Of a stretch of DNA of 64,000 nt, positions 28,815 to 37,762 are shown piece by piece. Within the stretch, counting starts at the first letter, position 1; the number at the start of each line of letters is the position of its first letter. The notes beneath the pieces are model-generated. The model saw only the letters and a list, made by a program, of their open reading frames with translations. It was not told where the DNA came from and ran no database searches. This DNA is from an uncultured bacterium. GTDB taxonomy: Bacteria; Abyssobacteria; SURF-5; CBDUXP01. The translations under genes were made by a program, and so were the position numbers. The stretch is from positions 10,767 to 74,766 of the forward strand of contig CBDUXP010000013.1 of the NCBI GenBank assembly GCA_965371225.1. The letters are read 5' to 3'.

Positions 28815-28851
28815 TTTAGTGACTAAACAGCGTCATGGATAAATCGTTGCA
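28815..28851 (+). promoter_or_regulatory. Palindrome TTTAGT-G-ACTAAA followed by a weak sigma-54-like element TGGATAAATCGTTGCA
   Basis: Perfect 6-1-6 palindrome at 28815-28827; GG-N10-GC spacing at 28836-28851 but with A instead of C after GG; lies in the ~560 bp gap before the epimerase operon. Confidence 0.35.
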
Positions 28852-29105
28852 AGACAGGAACTTGGCTCGTACGGGTGGTAGACTTGGGCACGCTGGAAGC
28901 GAGTCCGCGACCCGCCGCCCGGACCTGATCCCGCAGATCTGTCGTCGCGCGTCCCCCGTGCACAGCCCGGGCTGGTGCGCTGGAGGCCGGGGTGTCGGCG
29001 CGGATCGGCCGTTTGGGGCTTGGTCCGGCGGCTCCGGCTGCCGGGGGGTGGGGGCTCCCAGGCAATGGTAGGGTTCAGAAGGATTGCAGGATGGAGGAGG
29101 ATGGT

Positions 29106-30092
29106 ATGACCCCCACGGTGTTGGTGACGGGGGCCAACGGCTACACCGGCAAGTACATGTGCGAGTATTTGGCCCAGCAGGGCGTTGCCACGCGGGGCAT
29201 GTACTGGCCGCCGGACGGGGAGCCGGATTACGCGCACGAGAACCTGGAGCTGGTGCCCGGGGACCTGCGCGATCGGGAAACCCTGAAGCCGGCGCTGGAC
29301 GGTATAGAGGTGGTCTACAACATCGCGGCGCTCTACCGCACCATGACCGTCTCGGAGCAGATGTACTTCGATGTGAACGCCGCCGGGGTGGGAAACTTGG
29401 TGGAACTCGCCGCCGAAGCCGGCGTGCGCCGGTTCGTCCAGTGTTCGACCATGGGGGTGCACGGTACGGTGGCCGACCCTCCCGGGACGGAAGAGGCGCC
29501 CATCCAGCCGGACGATTACTACCAGCTCACGAAACTGAAGGGCGAAGAGATCGCCCGCGAACTGGGCCAGCAGTTGAACTTGCCCATGGCCATCGTGCGC
29601 CCGGCGGCCATCTACGGGCCGCGGGAGACGCGGTTCCGCAAGCTGGCGCAGCTGATCAGCCGCGGCCGGTTCGTCATGTTCGGCGATGGGGAGGTGCTGT
29701 ACCACTTCGTCCACGTGCGGGACCTGTGCGACGGATTCATCCTCTGCGCTGAGCTGGACCAGGCCGTGGGCGAAACCTACCTCATTGCCGACGACCACGC
29801 CGTGACGCTGAATACCGTGGTGCGGGTGCTAGCCGAGGCCACCGGCAAGAAGCCGCCGCGTCTGCACGTGCCCTTCGCCGTACTGCAAACCGCGAGCATC
29901 GCCTGCGAGTTTGCGTGTAAGCCTTTTGGGATTTCGCCGCCGCTGCACCGCCGCAGGGCCGCGTGGTTCCGCTCTACCCGGTCGTTCGATATCGGGAAGG
30001 CGCGGCGCGAGTTGGGGTACGAACCGAAAGTGAAGACGGAGCAAGGGCTCACGGAGATGGTGCAGTCATTCGCGGAGGCCGGCTGGTTATAA
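29106..30092 (+). CDS. NAD-dependent epimerase/dehydratase
   Basis: VTGANGYTG, CSTMGVHG, YQLTK (YxxxK), RPAAIYGP, FVHVRDL; GGAGGAGG RBS before 29106. Confidence 0.9.
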   Translation: MTPTVLVTGANGYTGKYMCEYLAQQGVATRGMYWPPDGEPDYAHENLELVPGDLRDRETLKPALDGIEVVYNIAALYRTMTVSEQMYFDVNAAGVGNLVELAAEAGVRRFVQCSTMGVHGTVADPPGTEEAPIQPDDYYQLTKLKGEEIARELGQQLNLPMAIVRPAAIYGPRETRFRKLAQLISRGRFVMFGDGEVLYHFVHVRDLCDGFILCAELDQAVGETYLIADDHAVTLNTVVRVLAEATGKKPPRLHVPFAVLQTASIACEFACKPFGISPPLHRRRAAWFRSTRSFDIGKARRELGYEPKVKTEQGLTEMVQSFAEAGWL

Positions 30093-30135
30093 CGCCGCAG
30101 CCGGGCCGGGGGGCCCGGGGTGGAGGGACAGACGT

Positions 30136-30819
30136 ATGAGCCACAGCCCGGTTGCCGAGCACGAACTCGTGACGCGCGAACGGTTCGACGCGTGGTCGGA
30201 TTCCTACATGTTCGACCACGTGCGCCCGTGGCTCGCGTACAACCAGCGGCAGGTGCTCGGGCGGATCGACTGGGCGCGGACGCGGCGGGTGCTGGACATC
30301 GCGTGCGGCAGCGGGTACGCGGTCTACGAAGCCGGCGCGCGTTTGCGCGCGACCCCCGGCGGCATGGCGTGCGGCTGCGACATTTCCGTCGCCATGCTCG
30401 GCCGGCGCACCCCGGCGGGGGACGGAGCACCGTCCCGCACCTATTTCCAGGCAGCGAGCGCGCAGGCCCTGCCCTACGCGACCGGCACGTTCGATGCCGT
30501 GCTTTGCACCACTGCGTTCCACCACTTTCCCGACCCGGCGGCCGCGCTCACCGAAATCCGGCGGATCCTGCGGCCCGGGGGGCAGCTCCTCATCGGCGAC
30601 ATCTGCCGCAACCTGTCCCTGGGCACCTGGGTGTGGGACCGGTTGCACCGGTGGTTCGAGCGGGCCCACGTGCAGTACTACCGCACGGATGAACTGTTCG
30701 CGCTGTTCGCGGGAGCGGGATTCGAGGACGTGGCCCTGACGGAACTGGCGCCGTCGTACAGCGAAACCAAGAAGCTAGTGCGCAAGTTCGCGCTCTTCCG
30801 CGCGGTCGCGCCGGTGTAA
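30136..30819 (+). CDS. Class I SAM-dependent methyltransferase
   Basis: VLDIACGSG motif I, ASAQALPY..GTFDAV, FHHFPDP. Confidence 0.88.
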   Translation: MSHSPVAEHELVTRERFDAWSDSYMFDHVRPWLAYNQRQVLGRIDWARTRRVLDIACGSGYAVYEAGARLRATPGGMACGCDISVAMLGRRTPAGDGAPSRTYFQAASAQALPYATGTFDAVLCTTAFHHFPDPAAALTEIRRILRPGGQLLIGDICRNLSLGTWVWDRLHRWFERAHVQYYRTDELFALFAGAGFEDVALTELAPSYSETKKLVRKFALFRAVAPV

Positions 30820-30836
30820 GGGGGCGCCTGCGTCGC

Positions 30837-32618
30837 ATGCTCGTCCTGGGACTCACAGACGGTATCACCTGCGGCGCCGCGGTCATCGCGGACGGCGTGG
30901 TGCTCGCGGCGGTCAATGAGGAGCGCCTGACGCGGTTGAAGATGGCGTATGGCTTCCCGCGGCAAGCGATCGCCGAGGTGCTGCAGCTCGCCGGCGTGGA
31001 GCCGGCTGATATCGATCGCGTGGCGGCCGCGACGATCAACAACCACTTCTTCGACGGCGTACGCCCCTTTGACGGGTGGATGGCCCAGGACAAGGGCTTC
31101 ATCCGGAACGCGGTGTTCAATTCTGCCGGGCGCTTCAGTTTTCTCATCGATAGCGTGCCGGGACTCGAGGCGCTGTATTACACCGCCCGCAAGCCGGTAT
31201 TCGCTGCGCGGCGCCGCGCCATTCGCCGCATCATGGCGCAGGAGTTCGGGATCGCGGCACCGGTGCGGTTCGTGAACCACCACCTGGCGCACGCCACGAG
31301 CGCGTACTTCACCAGCGGCTTCGCGGACGCGACGGTGGTAAGCATGGACGGCGGCGGCGACGGCGCTTCCTCCCACATCTACGAGGTGCGGGACGGCCGG
31401 TTCCGCCGGATCGGGTACACGAGCGCCTTCAATTCCCTGGCGAATTACTACGCGTATATGACGCACATCTGCGGGTTCAAAGCGCAGAAGCATGAGGGCA
31501 AGATCACCGGTCTCGCCGCATACGGCGAGCCGCGGTACGTGGACCTGCTGGATACGTTCATCACGTTTCGGGACGGCGCGCTGCGGAACGTGGGGGGCGT
31601 GGTCTTCTCCGCGGCTGTGGAGGCGCTGCGCCGGCGCCTGCCCGCCGACTGGGCGAGGGAGGACGTGGCGGCCAGCATCCAACTGCATGCGGAGCGCTTG
31701 GCCGGGCAATACGTGCTGCACCACCTGGGGCTCGACGCGCGCGCAAACGTCGCCTTGGCCGGCGGCCTCTTCGCTAACGTGCGCATCAACCAATGCATCG
31801 CGGAGTGCGACGGCGTGGACCGGCTGTTCGTGCACCCCGGCATGACGGATGGCGGCCTCGCCGTCGGTGCCGCGCTGACCGCGTGCATGCGCGGCGGTGA
31901 AGACAGCCACATGCCGCGCGACCCGGGCGTGATCCCGGACGTGTATTACGGACGGGGGTACAGCACGGCGGAGATCGAGCGGGCGCTCACGAGCGACGGG
32001 CTCGCCTTCTCGCGGCCGGCGTGCATCGAGACGGAGATCGCGCGGCTGCTGGCGGAGGGCTACGTGGTCGCGCGGTTCGACGGGCGGATGGAATACGGAC
32101 CGCGGGCGCTCGGCAACCGCTCCATCCTGTATCAGCCGGCCGATCCCAGCGTGAACGATTGGTTGAACGACCGCCTCCAGCGGACGGAGTTCATGCCGTT
32201 CGCCCCGTCAACGGTGATGGAATGTGCCGAGGAGTTTTACGAGAACGTGGAGGTGGCGCGTGAGGCCGCGCGGTTCATGACGGTGACGTACGGGTGTACC
32301 GCGCGCATGAAGGATACGTGTCCCGGGGTGGTGCACGTGGACGGGACCGCCCGGCCCCAGCTCGTCCGCCGCGAGGACAATCCGAGCTACCACCGGATCA
32401 TCGACGCGTTCGGCAAGCTCACGGGGGTGCCGACGATCATCAACACGAGTTTCAACATGCACGAAGAGCCGATCGTATGTTCGCCGCAGGACGCGATTCG
32501 CGCGTTCCGGCTGGGCCACTTGGACTACCTCGCGATTGGAAATTGCCTCGTGCCGTCTCCGACCCCCGTCACCCGTCCCCTCCGGCCCATGCCGGTGGAC
32601 CGGGCGGCGATGACCTAG
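30837..32618 (+). CDS. Carbamoyltransferase (NodU/CmcH/TobZ family)
   Basis: EERLTRLK, HHLAHATSAY, MDGGGD, HEGKITGLAAYG, AGGLFANV, DGGLAVGAA, EYGPRALGNRSIL, FMPFAP, HVDGTARPQ, INTSFNMHEEPIV. Confidence 0.95.
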   Translation: MLVLGLTDGITCGAAVIADGVVLAAVNEERLTRLKMAYGFPRQAIAEVLQLAGVEPADIDRVAAATINNHFFDGVRPFDGWMAQDKGFIRNAVFNSAGRFSFLIDSVPGLEALYYTARKPVFAARRRAIRRIMAQEFGIAAPVRFVNHHLAHATSAYFTSGFADATVVSMDGGGDGASSHIYEVRDGRFRRIGYTSAFNSLANYYAYMTHICGFKAQKHEGKITGLAAYGEPRYVDLLDTFITFRDGALRNVGGVVFSAAVEALRRRLPADWAREDVAASIQLHAERLAGQYVLHHLGLDARANVALAGGLFANVRINQCIAECDGVDRLFVHPGMTDGGLAVGAALTACMRGGEDSHMPRDPGVIPDVYYGRGYSTAEIERALTSDGLAFSRPACIETEIARLLAEGYVVARFDGRMEYGPRALGNRSILYQPADPSVNDWLNDRLQRTEFMPFAPSTVMECAEEFYENVEVAREAARFMTVTYGCTARMKDTCPGVVHVDGTARPQLVRREDNPSYHRIIDAFGKLTGVPTIINTSFNMHEEPIVCSPQDAIRAFRLGHLDYLAIGNCLVPSPTPVTRPLRPMPVDRAAMT

Positions 32619-32630
32619 AAGGACCCGCGC

Positions 32631-33656
32631 ATGACGCAGATTCACACACCACAGCCGACCGGCCAGGACACGACGATCCAGGAGCAGGTCGTCGCCATGT
32701 ACGAGCGCCATCCCTTCCCGGCGTACACGGACAAGTTCCGCAAAGCGTCCGAGGAGATGGTGCTGAAGATGCGGCTCCTGGGCTTGGCCGAGGCGGCGTA
32801 CACGAACAAGCGGATTCTCGACTGCGGGTGCGGCACGGGGGAGTTCACCTGCTGGTACGCGGCGCGCGGGAACGACGTGACGGCGGTGGACTTGTCCGGC
32901 CCCTCCATCGCGCACGCGAAGAAGTACGCGGCCAGTTACGAGCTGGAGGACCGCATCACGTTTCGGCAGCACTCCGTGCTCGAGTTGGACTTCCCGGACG
33001 ACTCGTTCGATATCGTCTATTCCTACGGCGTCCTGCACCACACGCCGGATCCCTACAAAGGCTTCCAGAATATGGTGCGCGTGTGCAAACCGGGCGGTAT
33101 CGTCATCGTAAGCGTCTACAGCCTGTACAGCCGGTTCATCCATCGGGAGAAGCAGCGGCTGATCGGTTGGCTGGCGGGGGACGACATCGAGGCGCGGTAC
33201 CGGTGGGGCAAGCGGCTCTTCCCGCTGACGGCGCGTAAACTCAAGCTGCGCGCGCACGACGACAGCGACGCAGTGTTGTACGACCAGTTCAGCCAGCCGC
33301 ACGAATCCCTGCACACGGCCGGGGAGATTCTCGGTTGGTATCGGGAGCATGGCCTGGAGTACCTGGGGGCGTTTGGGCCGCTGCGGATTCGCGATTACAT
33401 CTACGCGGCGAGTTTGCCGGAGTACCAGGTGTTCGAGCGCACCTTCGACGGTTACGTGCTGTCGCGCTTGGCCAGCGGCTGTCTCAAGGGCCTGGCGTCG
33501 GTGATGGGCTACCGGCCGGAGGAGGCGCACCCGTTCCCGTATCCCTCAGGCGTGTCGCAGGTGATGAGTCAGCTCGGTTGGGCCGCCTTGGGCTTGCGTT
33601 TCAGTTGCTTCAGCATCGCCGGCCGGAAGCCGCCGTCCGAGGCGCCCGCCGGATGA
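32631..33656 (+). CDS. Class I SAM-dependent methyltransferase
   Basis: ILDCGCGTG, VDLS, FDIVYSYGVLHHTPDP, LYDQFSQPHE. Confidence 0.88.
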   Translation: MTQIHTPQPTGQDTTIQEQVVAMYERHPFPAYTDKFRKASEEMVLKMRLLGLAEAAYTNKRILDCGCGTGEFTCWYAARGNDVTAVDLSGPSIAHAKKYAASYELEDRITFRQHSVLELDFPDDSFDIVYSYGVLHHTPDPYKGFQNMVRVCKPGGIVIVSVYSLYSRFIHREKQRLIGWLAGDDIEARYRWGKRLFPLTARKLKLRAHDDSDAVLYDQFSQPHESLHTAGEILGWYREHGLEYLGAFGPLRIRDYIYAASLPEYQVFERTFDGYVLSRLASGCLKGLASVMGYRPEEAHPFPYPSGVSQVMSQLGWAALGLRFSCFSIAGRKPPSEAPAG

Positions 33657-33696
33657 CCCCAGGCTCCCGGCGCCCCGCGGATCTGTCGGCCACGTC

Positions 33697-34770
33697 ATGA
33701 ACGCGGCGCACACCACCCCGTCGGCGTCCGGCGCCGCGCCCGCCACGCGCCATGGCATGCGGTTGCTGCGCGTGGCCATTAGCGTAGGGCTGCTGTACTA
33801 CATCCTGCGCAGCACCTCCCTCCAGGACATCGGTGCCGTCTTTGCGCGTGCGCTCGACCGGTGGCCGCTGTTGCTGGTGGCCACCGTGCTGCCCGGCCTC
33901 GGCACGCTGGCGGCAGTCCTCCGGTGGCGGGTGCTGCTCCGGGGGCTGGGCGCGCGGCCGAGCCTGGGCAGTCTCGCGCACGCGTATCTCGTCGGCCACT
34001 TCTTCAACCAGTTTCTGCCGTCCACCATTGGTGGGGATATGGTGCGCGGCTGGTGGATGAAGCACACGGTCGACTCGCCCGTCCAAAGCTTGACGGTGGT
34101 GGGGCTGGACCGGGTGATCGGGATGGTGGGGATCTGCGCGGTGGGGCTGCTCGCCGCCGTGCTGAGGCCGGACACCATTCGCGAGCTGCCCGCCTTCTGG
34201 GCCGTGCTGGGCCTCGCTACCCTCGGCTTGGTGTTTCTCGCCTTGATGTCCCATCCGCGCACCGCCGCTCTCGGGCGTCGGCTGACCGTCATCCCGCTCT
34301 TTCGTCCCTTGCAGGAGACGGGCCGCACCGTGTACGACGCGCTGCATACCTTTCGCCGCAAGCGGGCGCACCTCATGGCCGCGCTCCTATACTCCATGAT
34401 CCTGCAGCTCATCATCATCGGGCAATTCGTCCTGTTGTCCGTGGCGTTCGACTTGCCCGTGTCTCGCACGGGACTTGCGGCAATCGTTCCCGTCGTCACG
34501 CTGGTCAGCCTGCTGCCGCTCGCGATTAACGGCATCGGGTTGCGCGAGAGTGCCCTCGCCGTGCTCGGGGCGCCCCTCGGCCTCGCCGTGGGCGACGCCA
34601 TCGCGCTCGCTTGGGCCTTCATCTTCTTTACGTTCTTGTACGCGTTGGTCGGCGGCGGGCTGTACCTCGTCGGTCGGCGAGATCGCGCCCCCGCGGCGCC
34701 GGCTTCCCCGGTCGGGCCCCAGGTAGGTGAGGTGCGCCACGGCAGCGCGCCCGCGGGAGGGCGCGTATGA
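33697..34770 (+). CDS. Lysylphosphatidylglycerol-synthase TM-domain (flippase-like, UPF0104) protein
   Basis: [42 protein letters not shown]. Confidence 0.88.
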   Translation: MNAAHTTPSASGAAPATRHGMRLLRVAISVGLLYYILRSTSLQDIGAVFARALDRWPLLLVATVLPGLGTLAAVLRWRVLLRGLGARPSLGSLAHAYLVGHFFNQFLPSTIGGDMVRGWWMKHTVDSPVQSLTVVGLDRVIGMVGICAVGLLAAVLRPDTIRELPAFWAVLGLATLGLVFLALMSHPRTAALGRRLTVIPLFRPLQETGRTVYDALHTFRRKRAHLMAALLYSMILQLIIIGQFVLLSVAFDLPVSRTGLAAIVPVVTLVSLLPLAINGIGLRESALAVLGAPLGLAVGDAIALAWAFIFFTFLYALVGGGLYLVGRRDRAPAAPASPVGPQVGEVRHGSAPAGGRV

Positions 34771-35573
34771 GCGGCGTTGCGGGGCACTTCGATGCCGCCC
34801 TGGCGGCGCCCGATCGGCATTCCGCGAAGCTGGCCCACGCGATCACGGATAAGTCCGTCTCCCTGCTGCAGCGGTATCGCGAGTTCGTGCTCGGTACCGA
34901 GGGCGGCTTGCGCGCATTGCTCACCTACGAGTTCGTCACCCTCTTCCTCACGCCGATGCCCGGGGCGCTGGGGCTGGCGCTCCGGCGGCTTTTCTTTCCG
35001 GCAATCCTCGGCCGAGTGGGCCGCGGGGTGGTCTTCGGGCGGAGCCTTACCGTGCGCCACGGCCGCAAGATCCGCCTGGACGACAACGTGGTCATCGACG
35101 ACTACGCGGCGCTGGACGCCAAGGGGGCGCACAACGACGGGATCGACATCGGCGCGCATGCGTTCATTAGCCGGAATGTCGTCCTGAGCTGCAAGGGCGC
35201 CAACATTCGCATCGGCCGCAACGTGACGATCGGTAACAACAGCCTGGTGCGTGCGCAGGATGACAGCCCGGTGACCATCGGGGACGACACGGTCATTGCG
35301 GCGTTCGTGGACATTGTGGGCGGCGGCAACTATCACACGAACCGCTTCGACGTGCCCATGTGGCAGCAGGGGCAGTATTCCAAGGGCGGCATCACGATCG
35401 GTGAAGATGTGTGGATCGGTTCGCACGTCCAGGTGTTGGACGGTGTCCGCGTCGGTCGGGGCAGCATCCTGGCCGCCGGCGCGGTGGTGCATCGCGACGT
35501 GCCGGACTACGCCATCGTCGGCGGCGTACCCGCCAAGATCATCGGCACGCGCGGATCGCCCCCCGGAAGCTGA
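34767..35573 (+). CDS. Hexapeptide-repeat (LbH) acyltransferase
   Basis: [IV]-G-x-x hexapeptide repeats; [30 protein letters not shown]. Confidence 0.9.
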   Translation: MSGVAGHFDAALAAPDRHSAKLAHAITDKSVSLLQRYREFVLGTEGGLRALLTYEFVTLFLTPMPGALGLALRRLFFPAILGRVGRGVVFGRSLTVRHGRKIRLDDNVVIDDYAALDAKGAHNDGIDIGAHAFISRNVVLSCKGANIRIGRNVTIGNNSLVRAQDDSPVTIGDDTVIAAFVDIVGGGNYHTNRFDVPMWQQGQYSKGGITIGEDVWIGSHVQVLDGVRVGRGSILAAGAVVHRDVPDYAIVGGVPAKIIGTRGSPPGS

Positions 35574-35659
35574 GCCCGTGGCGACGGCGCGCGCCCCCCA
35601 TTTCGCAGTGCCGCGAACCCGGCGTCTCGAATCCCGCGGGGTGCGGGCGGAGGCGCGCC

Positions 35660-37213
35660 GTGCCGCTCCCTGAACGCGCGCCCGCCACCCTGGCCCTCGA
35701 ACGCTTCGATCTCATCGTGGTCGGTGGCGGCATCTACGGCGTCATGCTGTGCCTCGAAGCCGTGCGCCGCCGGCTGCGTCCGCTCCTGGTGGAACGTGCG
35801 GACTTCGGCGGCGCCACCAGCCACAACAGCCAACGCATCGTCCACGGCGGATTGCGATACCTGCAATCCGCCGACCTGCCGCGGTTTTACGAATCCGTGC
35901 AGGAGCGCCGGTGGTTCCTGCGGACGTTTCCGGATTTCGTGCAGCCCCTGCCGTGCCTCATGCCGCTCTACGGCGCGGGGCTCCGCACGCCGGGGCTGCT
36001 GCGTCTCGCGCTGGCGCTGAACGATCTCGGGTCCGCGCGCCGGAACGTCGAGGTCCCGCGCGACCGGCATATTCCGCCGGGCCGCATCCTGGACGCGGCC
36101 GCGACGCGGGACCGGTTCCCCGGCGTGGACACCCGGGACCTGCGGGGCGGGGCGCTCTGGCATGACGCATTAATGCCCAGCGCGCCACTGCAGCTCATCG
36201 AGACGTTGCGCTGGGCCTGCGAGCGCGGCGCGGCAGCGCTTAACTATGTGGAAGCGCAGGGGCTGATCGAGACGGCCGGGCGCGTCGCCGGCATCCGCGC
36301 GCGGGACCTGGTGGATCAACAGGATCTGGAATTCCACGCCGACGCGGTCGTGAATGCCGCCGGCCCCTGGGCGCGGCAGTTTTCCGCGGCGTGTGGCCAT
36401 GAACATCCTCCCCTGTTCGAACCCGCCTTGGCGTGGAACGTGGTGTTCCGCCGGGAGGCGCTGGCCGACGCGGCCCTCGCGGTGGCGCCGCGACGGCGGG
36501 CCGCACAAACGTATTTTCTCGTGCCGTGGAAGGGGGCGCTGCTGGCGGGCACAGGCCACGCCCCCTGGCGCGGCGGGCTCGACCGCCCCGGCCCGACACC
36601 CGAACAACTGCTGGAGTTCATCGCCGACTTGAACGCCGCCGTGCCCGGCCTCGAGTTGACCCCGCACGACGTGCATCGCGTGTTCGCCGGTTTACTCCCC
36701 GCGACGCGGGCGGACACGAGCGAGCCCACCACGCGCGAAGTGATCGTGGACCACGGCGCACGCGGCGGGCCCGGGGGCTTCTTCAGCCTCAGCGGCGTCA
36801 AGCTCACCACCGCGCGCCGGATGGCCGACAAAGTGTTGCGGCGTGCATTTCCCGCCGCCGTGCCCCTCACCGCCGCCGCGTTCCCGCGTCCCGCTCCCGC
36901 CGTGACGGCGCCGGAGTACCCGTACTTCTGGATGCCGCCGCCCGGTGACGAGGCGTGGCAAGCGGACCTACGCCGTGCGGCGGCCGATGAGGCCGTGCAA
37001 CATTTGAGCGACCTACTGCTGCGCCGGTCGAACCTGGGGGACAATCCCGACCGTGCATTCCACGTCGCGCCGGACGTGTGTCGCCTCCTGGGATGGGACG
37101 CGGGGCGTACCGCGCAGGAACTGGCGGACCTGGCGAATCAGCTCGGGCGGCCCGGCGGGGCAAGCGCGTCGGACCCGGCCACGGCGGCTGCGGCCGCCCG
37201 CCGACGCACGTAG
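35660..37213 (+). CDS. FAD-dependent glycerol-3-phosphate dehydrogenase/oxidase family (GlpD-like)
   Basis: DLIVVGGGIYG, DFGGATSHNSQRIVHGGLRYL, VNAAGPW, GVKLTTARRMA, LSDLLLRRS; GTG start after GGAGG. Confidence 0.82.
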   Translation: MPLPERAPATLALERFDLIVVGGGIYGVMLCLEAVRRRLRPLLVERADFGGATSHNSQRIVHGGLRYLQSADLPRFYESVQERRWFLRTFPDFVQPLPCLMPLYGAGLRTPGLLRLALALNDLGSARRNVEVPRDRHIPPGRILDAAATRDRFPGVDTRDLRGGALWHDALMPSAPLQLIETLRWACERGAAALNYVEAQGLIETAGRVAGIRARDLVDQQDLEFHADAVVNAAGPWARQFSAACGHEHPPLFEPALAWNVVFRREALADAALAVAPRRRAAQTYFLVPWKGALLAGTGHAPWRGGLDRPGPTPEQLLEFIADLNAAVPGLELTPHDVHRVFAGLLPATRADTSEPTTREVIVDHGARGGPGGFFSLSGVKLTTARRMADKVLRRAFPAAVPLTAAAFPRPAPAVTAPEYPYFWMPPPGDEAWQADLRRAAADEAVQHLSDLLLRRSNLGDNPDRAFHVAPDVCRLLGWDAGRTAQELADLANQLGRPGGASASDPATAAAAARRRT

Positions 37214-37743
37214 GCCGCGCCCAGCGCCACCGGCGCGAAAAGAACCACCTCCCGGCCCAGGGCCGCGAGGTTGTACCAACTCATCAGCCCGCCCATCCAT
37301 GCGAGCAGGCCCGGCTCGACCGCGGGCGGCCGGCGGACGCCGAGCAGCAGTTGCACGGTAGAGAGGTAATGCGCTTGGCTGAACGGCGCGAACAGGGGCA
37401 GTCCGTGCGGAGCCACCACGTCGGGGCCGCAGAGGTCCAGGGCCAGGTGCGACGCGTACGCCACCGTGAACGCAACCCCGTCGCGCCACCAGCGCTCCGT
37501 CCCCCGGCTGCACCAGAGGGCGGCGGCCAGGCCGGCGAGCAGGGCCGCTGCCAGACTGTGGGTGAATTGTTGGTGATAGAGGTTCGGCTGGCCGAGCAGG
37601 GCGCCGGGAAGAAAGTCGAGGTCCGGACCGATCGCCAGCCCGACGCAGAGGCCCAGCCGGCGCTTGGCCGCGGCATCGCCCGGTCGGTCCGCAACCGCGA
37701 AAATCGCGTACCCGATCAAGCCATGGGCGAGTGGCGACGCCAC
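37138..37743 (-). CDS. Membrane-bound metal-dependent hydrolase (YdjM/DUF457-like)
   Basis: MASPLAH, PDLDF, HQQFTHSL, SHLALD, G.PLFAPF. Confidence 0.85.
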   Translation of the reverse strand: MASPLAHGLIGYAIFAVADRPGDAAAKRRLGLCVGLAIGPDLDFLPGALLGQPNLYHQQFTHSLAAALLAGLAAALWCSRGTERWWRDGVAFTVAYASHLALDLCGPDVVAPHGLPLFAPFSQAHYLSTVQLLLGVRRPPAVEPGLLAWMGGLMSWYNLAALGREVVLFAPVALGAAYVRRRAAAAAVAGSDALAPPGRPS

Positions 37744-37762
37744 ACCGGACTTCCTCTCTCCT

